A program made the position numbers and the translations under genes. The notes below the pieces were generated by a model. It did no database searches. It was not told where the DNA came from and saw only the letters and a list, made by a program, of their open reading frames with translations. A DNA stretch of 64,000 nucleotides, taken from Eubacteriales bacterium. Its GTDB lineage: Bacteria; Bacillota; Clostridia; Lachnospirales; Lachnospiraceae. Below are positions 8,226 to 17,684 of this stretch, piece after piece. How positions within the stretch are numbered: position 1 is the first letter of the stretch; each line of letters starts with the position of its first letter. The stretch is from the NCBI GenBank assembly GCA_030527665.1, contig JAUNAK010000003.1:10942-74941 (forward strand), written 5' to 3'.

Positions 8226-11200
8226 CTACCGTGTAAATACTCTTGTGAATGCACTGACAACGCGTGCTGTCCACTCTTTCAGAATCTCTGAATTTCTTTT
8301 GGTCGTGTTATTCTGAATGATAACATCAACAGAGTCTGCGGAAATCGTAGTTCCCTCTACATGTGAATCGGCATCCGGTTCCGTCTGACTGAATGTTGCT
8401 GCATAATCCAGTGTATTGTAACCGGTATTCAGCAGCTGCTCTTTCTGTGCTTCCGTCACACCTGTTACACGAATTTCTGTAATAGCCAGAAGATTATTGC
8501 CCTCATTCTGAATAACCACATGTCCGTCTGATGTCGGTGTGATCGGATAATACAATTCAGCTGTGGAAGTAACGTCGATCGACTTTGTACCCCAGTCGTT
8601 GGTAACCTTTACCCGGGTACTCTTTCCTTCCGGTGCTTTCAATCCGATGAATACATGATTGCTTGTATTGGAATATCCGGCAATCGTAAATGCAATGCAG
8701 TTCGGGTTGGAGAGATAAACCTCATTTTTCGGACCATCTTTCTCATAAACAGATGCATCCGCTGTAGTATACGGTACATTATCCAGATATACCACTCCGT
8801 TTCCGGAAGCCGATTCTTCATCAACATCTCCGACGTTCGGATCATTGAATACATCCAGTGATCCATCGCTGTTGATACTGCTCAGAAGTACATCACGGAC
8901 ATTTGCATAGGCATATTCATTTTCAAATGCCTGATTATACGCGTCATATGCAACTGCGCTGTCCGGATTCTCCTTGTCATCTACATCGATCGGATTATGA
9001 ATACGAATGCCATCCAGATAATATGTCGTTTTTTCTCCCTTTGTATTCGGGAACACCTTCAGTTTTACTTTATACTCTGCATGCTCATCCATTACAAAAC
9101 TGAGTGTCGGAACCACATACAGTCCATCACCGGCTCTGTCATACATATTATCCACATACAGAATCTTTTTCAGTGTTTCTGAATCGTCATCATTCTTCAT
9201 GTAGATTCTTGCATAAATTTTGGGAGAAGAAGTATCTGTCTTGGTGAAGATTTCTACACCGGTTCCCTTGAAGGTAAACTCTGCTTCGGCACCGTTTTCC
9301 ATTGCAGTTGCTCCGTCGTCACTGAATCCCTTCTGATCTTCATAAGATGCATCATAGCCGTATACCGTATTTTCACTGGACTGTACTTCATTTGATATAA
9401 TTTCATTTGCAGAATAATCTCCGCTGTATTTGATTACCGTTTTTCCATTCGCAGAACTGAAATTATCCTCATAGTAAACACTGGTTGCCGGAAGAATCGT
9501 TACTTTTGCAATATTCTCTGCATTACCTTCCGCAGCACTGTTTCCGACAACATACTGCAGAGTATCTACCTGGTCCATAAAGGTATTGGGAGTATATCTG
9601 ATCTTGGTTCCTGCTTCTATTGCTGCCGTTCCACAGGAAAGTCCAAGATCCTGTGCAGCAAACGGATCATCCGAAATATCAACTTCCGCACCGTCACTGC
9701 TTATTTCAGACTTATACTCGCGGATTCCGCCGATACGCGGATTGGTTTCATTCAGAATATCATTTTTCAGAACATCGATATCCACCGGTCTTCCATAATC
9801 AAGAACGACCAGATCATCATGCGCTTCGGAAACCACTTCGTTCTTACATACATAACGATACGACGGAGCAGCTGCTCCCTTTGTTACAGCTGTTGCCTTT
9901 GCGATCTCCAGTTCCGGGCTCTGGTGTCCGTTCTTGTTGATCGTATTGCTTCCCAGTCCAACGGCTTCCCAGGAAGTTACCGACTGCGGCTCCTGACTCT
10001 CTACAAAATATACGTAGTCCGGATCCGTGTCATCATACAGATCCTTCTCAATATAGAAGCTGACACGCTGATCACCTTTCATACTGAATTTGCCGTCTGC
10101 ACTTGTTGTTCCGGTTTTTACCAGTTTGTTATTACTGTTATATACATAATATGCAGTTCCGGCAAAAGGCTCAGCAGATGTATTCTTTCCGGATTTTTTG
10201 TATGCAGTAAACTCAAATTCCAGATCATTCAGCTTATTCTTAAGTTCCGTGTCCGATTCAGAAACCGTATTGGTAACTGCTTTTGTCAGACTTACTACCC
10301 TTTTCTGCGGAAGGTTGAATTTGATCCGGCAGTTGGACAGATTGCCGCCTCGCTCCAGGTAAAATACCTGCAGAGTATGCGGCGTCGTGGAACTTCTCCA
10401 TTCCGTATCACTGGTTCCCAGAGTTGTCCACAGATTCTGCTCGTCTGCATAATTGCGATTTCCCCATCTGTAGGTAATATCTCCGGTCGCAAAGTTAACC
10501 GCTCCCTGTACAGCATCATGAATTCCACCGATGTCAAGTACCAGTTTTCCATCGATGAATACCCATACATCATCATCGCCGGTAAATTCAAAGCTGATCG
10601 GCTGACCATTCTCGTCTCCGTTGATCTTACCATTCTCCGTCATGAAGAACTCTGTAGAAAAGGTCATGCCGAAATGGATGTTGCTTTTTCGGTTTTCACT
10701 ATAACTGTTTCTTGGATAAAACGGGAAAAAGCCGTATCCGTTTCTGCTGCTTCCTGTCAAAGTAGCATTGGAACTTGGGTAACGATTCTGAAAGTGTACA
10801 TCATAGGTTGCTGAATTCAGCTCATAATATCCGGTACGACTGTTGTACTGAAACGGAACCTGCACATTGGTGTATGTATATTTTCCATTGGCACTTGTCG
10901 TTGGATCCAGAATACCAATATTGTCATATTTGATATTGATATTACCGTTTGCATCCAGCGTATCTTCTGCAATACCAAACGTAGGACTTCCGCCGTTGCC
11001 TGTCCAACGGTTGTAGGCATAGTTATTATCCTGACCATTATTGAAGAAAAAGGTTCCCCTCGCATTGGTCTGGGATCTATTGATGTTCGTTGTGTCATAG
11101 TCGAACATATTTACCGAAAAATACGCCGTCTTATCATCAGCGGCCTGCAGCATGGATTCGTTTTCTGCCGTCTCCTCCAGTGTGTCATCTGCCGCTGCCG

Positions 11201-11279
11201 TTACACCGGTGCCCAGCAAAGTCGTACACATCATGGCGAGGGCCAGAGAAAGCGAAAGTATTTTTTTCCTCTTTATCAT
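8226..11279 (-). CDS. Secreted fibro-slime (PA14-related) domain surface protein with Ig-like modules
   Basis: Signal peptide; fibro-slime signature FEFTGDDDVWVFIDGKLVLDIGGIH and QVFYLERG; VDIDVLKND cadherin/Ig-like module; amphipathic C-terminal tail. Start chosen at ATG 11279 (GTG at 11285 also possible). Confidence 0.82.
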   Translation of the reverse strand: MIKRKKILSLSLALAMMCTTLLGTGVTAAADDTLEETAENESMLQAADDKTAYFSVNMFDYDTTNINRSQTNARGTFFFNNGQDNNYAYNRWTGNGGSPTFGIAEDTLDANGNINIKYDNIGILDPTTSANGKYTYTNVQVPFQYNSRTGYYELNSATYDVHFQNRYPSSNATLTGSSRNGYGFFPFYPRNSYSENRKSNIHFGMTFSTEFFMTENGKINGDENGQPISFEFTGDDDVWVFIDGKLVLDIGGIHDAVQGAVNFATGDITYRWGNRNYADEQNLWTTLGTSDTEWRSSTTPHTLQVFYLERGGNLSNCRIKFNLPQKRVVSLTKAVTNTVSESDTELKNKLNDLEFEFTAYKKSGKNTSAEPFAGTAYYVYNSNNKLVKTGTTSADGKFSMKGDQRVSFYIEKDLYDDTDPDYVYFVESQEPQSVTSWEAVGLGSNTINKNGHQSPELEIAKATAVTKGAAAPSYRYVCKNEVVSEAHDDLVVLDYGRPVDIDVLKNDILNETNPRIGGIREYKSEISSDGAEVDISDDPFAAQDLGLSCGTAAIEAGTKIRYTPNTFMDQVDTLQYVVGNSAAEGNAENIAKVTILPATSVYYEDNFSSANGKTVIKYSGDYSANEIISNEVQSSENTVYGYDASYEDQKGFSDDGATAMENGAEAEFTFKGTGVEIFTKTDTSSPKIYARIYMKNDDDSETLKKILYVDNMYDRAGDGLYVVPTLSFVMDEHAEYKVKLKVFPNTKGEKTTYYLDGIRIHNPIDVDDKENPDSAVAYDAYNQAFENEYAYANVRDVLLSSINSDGSLDVFNDPNVGDVDEESASGNGVVYLDNVPYTTADASVYEKDGPKNEVYLSNPNCIAFTIAGYSNTSNHVFIGLKAPEGKSTRVKVTNDWGTKSIDVTSTAELYYPITPTSDGHVVIQNEGNNLLAITEIRVTGVTEAQKEQLLNTGYNTLDYAATFSQTEPDADSHVEGTTISADSVDVIIQNNTTKRNSEILKEWTARVVSAFTRVFTR

Positions 11280-11333
11280 ATCCACCTCTTTCTAACCTTT
11301 CTGAAAAAAGGTCGTAATACATGCATTTTCTTC

Positions 11334-11377
11334 AGTATAACCTGTGTTTCCGTATTCGTCCTCATCCTTTTGGATGA
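11334..11377 (-). promoter_or_regulatory. Putative MalT/LuxR-activated promoter: -10 TATACT plus TCATCC-N4-GGATGA palindrome
   Basis: Minus strand reads TCATCC AAAA GGATGAGG...TATACT. There is no canonical -35, and the MalT-like regulator gene is adjacent. Confidence 0.55.
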
Positions 11378-11409
11378 TTTTTGTGTATTTTTTTACTATT
11401 TTCGCATTT

Positions 11410-13794
11410 TCAGCCCAGTAATTCCTGTTTCTTTCCCATAAAAACAGCCTTTGTTCTGCTGCTGACTCCGAGTTTTTTATATAGATGCTGCAGATGCGTT
11501 TTAACCGTGGAAATCTCGAGACTGTGTTTCTCTGCGATCTGTTTATTGCTGAGTCCTTCCTCCAGATCCGCCAGCAGCAGCTTTTCCGTTGGGGTCAGCC
11601 GCTCCTTGTTCTGAACGGCAGCCATACTGTTCTGTTTCATCTGCCTGCCGGATTTTCGTATCAGGATCCGCAGATATTCCGTCTCCGGTGCCTGCAGAAT
11701 ATTCGAGTAATGATAGGACTTCCTTTTTACATGCGGCTGCTCCTGCTGTTTCTGTGAATCCAGATATGCATGCAGCAGCTCGCTTCCCGTCTCATCATAT
11801 TCCGTATAGAAGCGTCCGTACCGAAAGCGATCGGAAATGGCAAAGGACTGTGCCGTCTCCCGCAGTGCCGATGCATATTGTTTTTTCTGGTGATGCACGA
11901 TTGCCTGCATAAACAGGATCTCTGCGATGATCCGTGAGGAATCCATTTTCTCCGCTTCCGGCCGGATCCTGTCCAGGATCTGTTCAGCAGCTGCATATTG
12001 TTTTTCCCGAAGCAGCAGACGTGTGTATGCAAACAGCGGGTAAAATTCTCCTTCCACGCTCCACTTTGCCAGATTGTTTCCAAATACTTCCCTGAGTTCG
12101 GTATGATATTTCTGACGCTTTATCGGTCCCGCAAATGCAGCTTTGGCCAGTATAAAACGAAGACGTGTCTGCTCATTCTCCTGCATGAGCCTCTCTCCCT
12201 GCTTCTCCCGATCTTTTTCCGCTGCATGTTCTTCCGTAAAACCAAGCTGTCCGTTTATTTTTGCAAGTACCGGTACATACTGCTCCGGCATTTCAGCCGC
12301 ATATTCCTGCAGCCGTTCCCGGTGTTCCTGCGTAATCTCTTTTTCACGAAACGTTTCTGCCAGATACTCCGCTCTGGCAAATTCCAGATATGCCTGTTCC
12401 TTCCTTTCCAGACATTTCTTCCATATTCGGGTATAGCGATTCTGTTCTCTGCGCAGATCGGCAAAAACAAAAGCCATATCCCGCAGCCCCCACAGGCAGG
12501 ACACACTGCTGCCGACCGGGTGATACAGCCGGCACTTCTGTTCATCACTAAAGGATTCCTCCAACAGCCTGAACCAGTCTTTACCGGACATCCAGGGAGA
12601 AGCAAACTGCAGATTGCAGACGGCTTCCCGGGCTTCCGTCTGCTTCATCTTCTGCAGTTTCTGAATACAGGTCTGCAATGCTTTTTGATTTTTCTGCTGT
12701 ACTGCCAGCATTCCCTTCAGATAGAGAAGACGATGATCGGCGCCCTTTTCCTCCCATTTTCCGGCCTTTCGATAATTCAATGAAAGAAACGGGATCTCCG
12801 TATAATGCCGCAGACAGAATGCCTTCCATTCCTTTCCCCCCAGCTTTTCCCAAAGCTTTCCTGCTTCCTGCAGATTCTCCTGTTCTTCATACAGGCGGGC
12901 AATCATTTGCCTCATCTCGTCCGCTTTCTCCGGCTCCCGGGCAGGGCGGAAGATCTCCCAAACGAAAAATTTCTCCTGCTGCCGCCGGCGATAGAAGATC
13001 CCTTTCCGTTCCAGATCTTCACCGGCATCCATACGATTCTCCGAGCTGCAGATCTTCTCTAATGCATACGGAAGAATACCGTCTGCAAGGGACGCAAGCT
13101 GTACACAATATTTCTCATCTTCACTTAAAGATCCCAGTATCTCTTCCTGCAGCAGTACCTGCATCTCATAACCTGTCAGAAGTCCGGAAACAGAAATTTC
13201 CTGCTCCTGTCCCCGGGTTTTCTCCAGCACAGGCAGAAGTGCTGCGATTCCCGGCCAGCCGCCGCTCTTTGCATACACGGTTTTGCTGCTTAAACGACTG
13301 TTCATTTCTTTCAGAAACGAACGCAGTTCCTTCTCTGTAAACGCAAGCATCGGCTGGGTGATCATTCCCATCTCTCCGTGCCACAGCAGTTCCAGAAGCA
13401 GATGATCCGGTTTTTCTCTGCCAGCAAGCAGAATATGATTCTCCTTTGGCAGCCGCCCGATCGTATCACAGATCCTTTTCCGCAGCTTCTCCGGAAGAAG
13501 CATGGAATAATTATCCAAAAACAGACAGCAGCCGGTCCTGTCTTCCGCATCTGTCCCCTGCACCAACATTTCCGCCAGTACCTCCGGAAGCCTTTCCCGG
13601 TCATTTTCCCTCTGCAGATCCAGTTCTTCTGTTCGGAAATTCGCATCTGCCGCCTGCCGAAGAAACATCCGCGCGGCAGTCGTTTTGCCGCAGCAGGCAG
13701 CTCCCTCTAAATAAATAGAAGGAAATCTTTCGATTTCCTTCTGAATAATACTTCCTCTATCCACTTGTAACCGACTGGTCTCAGTCATTTTCAT
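11410..13794 (-). CDS. MalT-like (STAND/LAL) LuxR-family transcriptional regulator
   Basis: N-terminal Walker-A-like GAACCGKTT and SGGWPG motif; C-terminal LuxR HTH LTPTE...GLSNKQIA...STVKTHLQHLYKKLGV. Confidence 0.88.
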   Translation of the reverse strand: MKMTETSRLQVDRGSIIQKEIERFPSIYLEGAACCGKTTAARMFLRQAADANFRTEELDLQRENDRERLPEVLAEMLVQGTDAEDRTGCCLFLDNYSMLLPEKLRKRICDTIGRLPKENHILLAGREKPDHLLLELLWHGEMGMITQPMLAFTEKELRSFLKEMNSRLSSKTVYAKSGGWPGIAALLPVLEKTRGQEQEISVSGLLTGYEMQVLLQEEILGSLSEDEKYCVQLASLADGILPYALEKICSSENRMDAGEDLERKGIFYRRRQQEKFFVWEIFRPAREPEKADEMRQMIARLYEEQENLQEAGKLWEKLGGKEWKAFCLRHYTEIPFLSLNYRKAGKWEEKGADHRLLYLKGMLAVQQKNQKALQTCIQKLQKMKQTEAREAVCNLQFASPWMSGKDWFRLLEESFSDEQKCRLYHPVGSSVSCLWGLRDMAFVFADLRREQNRYTRIWKKCLERKEQAYLEFARAEYLAETFREKEITQEHRERLQEYAAEMPEQYVPVLAKINGQLGFTEEHAAEKDREKQGERLMQENEQTRLRFILAKAAFAGPIKRQKYHTELREVFGNNLAKWSVEGEFYPLFAYTRLLLREKQYAAAEQILDRIRPEAEKMDSSRIIAEILFMQAIVHHQKKQYASALRETAQSFAISDRFRYGRFYTEYDETGSELLHAYLDSQKQQEQPHVKRKSYHYSNILQAPETEYLRILIRKSGRQMKQNSMAAVQNKERLTPTEKLLLADLEEGLSNKQIAEKHSLEISTVKTHLQHLYKKLGVSSRTKAVFMGKKQELLG

Positions 13795-14068
13795 CGGTAT
13801 CTTCCTTTATCAATACATGGTTTGCATCCAGCTTCTCAATGAATGCAAGAATATCTTCTCTGGCAACAGCTTCTTCTACTTCATATTCTTCAAGTACCGC
13901 CCGGATCATCTCATCCATGTCGGTTCCCTTCTGCAGGAGCTTCCACAGCAATACACCGATCTCATTCAATGTGATCAGCCCGTTGAAATCCAATACGGTT
14001 CTTCCGGTCGGAATCACAATATATTCGCCTGCAATCTCTCTTATTATAAAATCATTTTTGATTTTCAT
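13781..14068 (-). CDS. Stand-alone PqqD-family RiPP recognition element (RRE)
   Basis: 95 aa: FIIREIAGEYIVIP...LITLNEIGVLLWKLL...LEEYEVEEAVAREDILAFIEKL. Its stop overlaps the regulator start by 14 nt. Confidence 0.9.
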   Translation of the reverse strand: MKIKNDFIIREIAGEYIVIPTGRTVLDFNGLITLNEIGVLLWKLLQKGTDMDEMIRAVLEEYEVEEAVAREDILAFIEKLDANHVLIKEDTDEND

Positions 14069-14189
14069 TCTGGTGCCGCCTTACATAAACAATACCTTTT
14101 TGCTTCTAACAATTATATCGAATCTCCTATACCCCGTCAACATGAACGAATAGTATGACTTTCACACAAGTTGTTTTCCCTATGTAATC

Positions 14190-14198
14190 TGTTATAAT
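14190..14198 (+). promoter_or_regulatory. Extended -10 promoter of the LRR protein gene
   Basis: TGTTATAAT upstream of an AGGAGG RBS and ATG 14230. Confidence 0.6.
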
Positions 14199-14229
14199 AG
14201 AGCAAAAACAGCAAGGAGGAACGCTGCAT

Positions 14230-16278
14230 ATGCGTTTTCATAAACGTTTCGAATCGATCGCACTATCTACCGTACTTCTTCTGTCTCTGTCTGCTTCTTC
14301 TGTCTATGCAGATGAAGCAGCTGCGGCAGAGATTTCTTCCGTTTCTGTCGAAGCGTCTTCGGAGGATCTGATTCTTCCTGAGACGGACAGCTTTGATGCT
14401 CTTTCTGAGACAGATTCCGATCCTGCATATAAGCCAGCCGCTGCAGACGGCTATGAAGCTTCAGAAATAGAAGATAATACGGCGGCTGATTCTGCATCCG
14501 AAGAAGATGCACTTCTGGCCGCCAATGACAAATGCGGTACTTCTGTAACCTGGAAACTGGACGGTCCTACGCTGACACTCAGCGGTTCCGGTTCCATGTA
14601 TGATTTCAGCAGTTCAACAGCCGTACCATGGGCCTCGAACGCGGATCAGATCACCACGATCATTCTCGAAGACGGCATCACTACCATCGGCAGATATGCC
14701 TTTACCGATCTGCCGGGTCTGCAGACGATCCGTATTCCATCCAGTGTACAGTCCGTCGGTGCCTTCGCTTTCAGCGGATGCAGCAGTCTGGAGGCAGCAC
14801 AGCTCCCCGATACGCTCTCTTTTATCGGTGTACAGGCTTTCTACGGCTGCAGTTCCCTTCGCTCTGTCAACATCCCGGATGCTGTCACAACCATCGGAAG
14901 CAAGACCTTTTACGGATGCAGCAGTCTGGAATCCATGGTTATTCCCAATCGTGTGAAAACACTTGGGTTTAATGCTTTCTATAATTGTTCTTCCTTGAAG
15001 ACATTAACGCTGTCTTCCTCCCTGAAGACGATTGAAGCAGCCACTTTCTATGGCTGTACTTCACTTACGAATCTGGTTATTCCGGAAGGCATCACCTCGC
15101 TGGAAACAGCTGCTTTTAAAGGCTGTTCCGGATTAACGTCGGTCTCCCTGCCCTACACTCTTCGCACTGTCAAAGAACAGGTCTTCTTCGGCTGCGAGAG
15201 TCTGAAGCAGGTCAACCTTCCTGCCGAAATCAAAACGGTCGAAAATGACACCTTTTCCGGATGCACCGCCCTTACATCGATTACGCTGCCTTCCGGCATA
15301 ACTTCGATCGGCGAACGAGCCTTCTTCAACTGTGAAGCACTGGCATCCCTGCAGCTGCCGGCATCTGTTTCTTCCATTGGCGAAGGTGCATTTTTCAATT
15401 GTTCTTCCCTGACTTCTCTGACTTTGCCCAAAGCTCTGAAAGTCATTGATTCTACCGTATTTGCTGCCTGCAGCGGACTGCGTTCGGTTACCCTCTCCGA
15501 TGCCGTGACCGAAATCGGCAAAATGGCCTTTTTCGGCTGTACGTCTCTTTCAGAGATCACTTTCCCTGCATCTCTGACAAGTATCGGAGAAAATGCCTTT
15601 GCAGCAGATACCGGTCTGAAAAAGATCACCTTTAAAGGAAATGCCCCCGCCATGTCCGACGACTGGCTGGAAAATTACTTCAGCGGAAACCAGATTCAGG
15701 CAAATGCGTATTTCCCGTCAAAGAACAAAAGCTGGACAGCAGCGGTTCGCAAAAATTACGGGGCGACAAAGATCACCTGGATCGGCGTCGGTACTGCTTC
15801 GATCACACCGACACCGACTCCCAAACCAACCGCTTCCGTCACACCGACACCGACTGCCAAACCGACAGCTTCCGTTCCGATGTATCGTCTGTACAATCCG
15901 AACAGCGGAGAGCATTTCTATACCGGCAGCCGAGGCGAGAAGGACCATCTCGCAAAGATCGGCTGGAATTATGAGGGAATCGGCTGGAATGCTCCGGCTG
16001 CTTCCAAAACACCGGTATATCGTCTGTACAATGCGAATGCCGGCGACCACCATTACACGACATCCAAAGGTGAACGGGATGCATTGGTCGCTGTTGGCTG
16101 GAAAGCCGAAGGAACCGGCTGGTACTCCGATGATGCCAAAGGCAAAGCCCTGTACCGCCAGTATAATCCGAATGCCGTAACCGGTACGCATAACTACACC
16201 ACCAGCAAATCGGAAAACGATTACCTTGTTAAGGTCGGCTGGAAAGCCGAGGGAATCGGCTGGTACGGCCTGAAATAA
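14230..16278 (+). CDS. BspA-type leucine-rich-repeat surface protein with C-terminal RLYNPN repeats
   Basis: Signal peptide, 14 x 23-aa LRR units (LxxxxLPxxxxxIGxxAFxxCxS), PTPTP linker and three YRLYNPN/YTT modules (DUF5648-like). Confidence 0.9.
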   Translation: MRFHKRFESIALSTVLLLSLSASSVYADEAAAAEISSVSVEASSEDLILPETDSFDALSETDSDPAYKPAAADGYEASEIEDNTAADSASEEDALLAANDKCGTSVTWKLDGPTLTLSGSGSMYDFSSSTAVPWASNADQITTIILEDGITTIGRYAFTDLPGLQTIRIPSSVQSVGAFAFSGCSSLEAAQLPDTLSFIGVQAFYGCSSLRSVNIPDAVTTIGSKTFYGCSSLESMVIPNRVKTLGFNAFYNCSSLKTLTLSSSLKTIEAATFYGCTSLTNLVIPEGITSLETAAFKGCSGLTSVSLPYTLRTVKEQVFFGCESLKQVNLPAEIKTVENDTFSGCTALTSITLPSGITSIGERAFFNCEALASLQLPASVSSIGEGAFFNCSSLTSLTLPKALKVIDSTVFAACSGLRSVTLSDAVTEIGKMAFFGCTSLSEITFPASLTSIGENAFAADTGLKKITFKGNAPAMSDDWLENYFSGNQIQANAYFPSKNKSWTAAVRKNYGATKITWIGVGTASITPTPTPKPTASVTPTPTAKPTASVPMYRLYNPNSGEHFYTGSRGEKDHLAKIGWNYEGIGWNAPAASKTPVYRLYNANAGDHHYTTSKGERDALVAVGWKAEGTGWYSDDAKGKALYRQYNPNAVTGTHNYTTSKSENDYLVKVGWKAEGIGWYGLK

Positions 16279-16313
16279 TACATTTTCATATGCAGAATCA
16301 TTTCCCTTCATAC

Positions 16314-16352
16314 AAAAACCGGAACAGCCGTTTGAGCGGCTGTTCCGTTTTT
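16314..16352. terminator. Bidirectional intrinsic terminator
   Basis: A-tract, GGAACAGCCG/CGGCTGTTCC stem, T-tract; lies between convergent genes. Confidence 0.85.
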
Positions 16353-16400
16353 CTTATTGTTCTTATTGTTTTTATTATTTCTTATATATACCAATAGAAA

Positions 16401-17585
16401 TCACTGTTTCTGTTCACGAAGTCTGGCAACAAATTTTTCCAGGCGGTTCAGTGCTTCCGTCAGATTCTCCAGAGAGTAGGCATAGGACAAACGCAGGAAG
16501 CCTTCTCCGCAGGCACCGAATGCGGTTCCCGGTACGATTGCAACCTTCTCTTCACGAAGAAGCGTCTCGGCGAATTCTTCACTGGACATACCAAATTCCT
16601 CTACACACGGAAATGCATAGAATGCCCCCAGAGGCTCAAAACAGGGAATACCCATATTTTTCAGACGATGCAGGACGTAGCGTCTTCTCTCGTTATAGGA
16701 TTCCCGCATCATCCGTACATCCTCATCGCCGTTGCGCAGGGCTTCCACACAGGCATACTGGCTGGTCGTCGGCGCACACATGATCGCATACTGATGGATC
16801 TTGGTCATCTGCTGGATGATCGGCTGCGGACCGCAGGCATATCCCATTCTCCATCCGGTCATGGCATAGGCTTTGGAAAAACCGTTTACCAGAATGGTTC
16901 TCTCCTGCATACCCGGCAGGGATGCAATGGATACATGACCGTCTGTATAGGTCAGCTCGGAATAGATCTCATCCGAAAGGACATACAAATCATGTCTGAT
17001 AATGACTTCTGCGATGGCTTCCAGATCTTCCTTCCGCATAATTGCGCCGGTCGGATTGTTCGGGAACGGAAGCACCAGAATCTTGGATTTCGGTGTGATG
17101 GCTGCCTCCAGTTCCTCCGGAGTCAGACGGAACTCATTCTCGGCCTTCAGATCAATAATGACCGGAACCGCATTGGCAAGGATCGCACAGGGCTCATAGG
17201 ATACGTAGGACGGCTGCGGAATCAATACCTCTTCCCCGTCATTGATCATAGCGCGGAACATCAGATCGATCGCCTCAGATCCGCCTACCGTGATCAGTAC
17301 TTCATTCAGGGGATCATAGGTAATTCCCTGGGTGCGCTGCAGATAATTACAGATCTCCACACGCAGTTCCTTCAGTCCGGAGTTGGATGTATAAAAGGTA
17401 CGTCCCTGTTCCAGAGAATAAATACCCTCATCACGAATATGCCAGGGTGTATCAAAGTCAGGCTCACCTACACCCAGCGAAATAGCATCGGACATTTCGC
17501 TTACGATATCAAAAAATTTACGGATGCCGGAAGGCTTCATCTCAACGACTTTCCCGGCAAGCTGTTCATGAATTGCTTTGCTCAT
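16401..17585 (-). CDS. PLP-dependent class I/II aminotransferase
   Basis: SGIRKFFD, LGVGEPDF, PNNPTG, SDEIY and NGFSKAYAMTGWRMGY (PLP lysine) motifs; start chosen at MSKAI. Confidence 0.92.
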   Translation of the reverse strand: MSKAIHEQLAGKVVEMKPSGIRKFFDIVSEMSDAISLGVGEPDFDTPWHIRDEGIYSLEQGRTFYTSNSGLKELRVEICNYLQRTQGITYDPLNEVLITVGGSEAIDLMFRAMINDGEEVLIPQPSYVSYEPCAILANAVPVIIDLKAENEFRLTPEELEAAITPKSKILVLPFPNNPTGAIMRKEDLEAIAEVIIRHDLYVLSDEIYSELTYTDGHVSIASLPGMQERTILVNGFSKAYAMTGWRMGYACGPQPIIQQMTKIHQYAIMCAPTTSQYACVEALRNGDEDVRMMRESYNERRRYVLHRLKNMGIPCFEPLGAFYAFPCVEEFGMSSEEFAETLLREEKVAIVPGTAFGACGEGFLRLSYAYSLENLTEALNRLEKFVARLREQKQ

Positions 17586-17684
17586 AGATAACCTCTTTCG
17601 GTCGGCACCGGGTGAAAAACACACTCACCGTCAGCGCCTTGCAGCGAATCTTCTTCAAGAATCGCCTGAATACTCTATTTTCAG

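Noticed and set aside
4512-14068. Lasso peptide or PQQ biosynthesis cluster
   Set aside because: No asparagine-synthetase-like cyclase, transglutaminase-like B2 protease or PqqB/C gene is present. The peptide lacks the lasso penultimate Thr and the PqqA ExxxY pattern.
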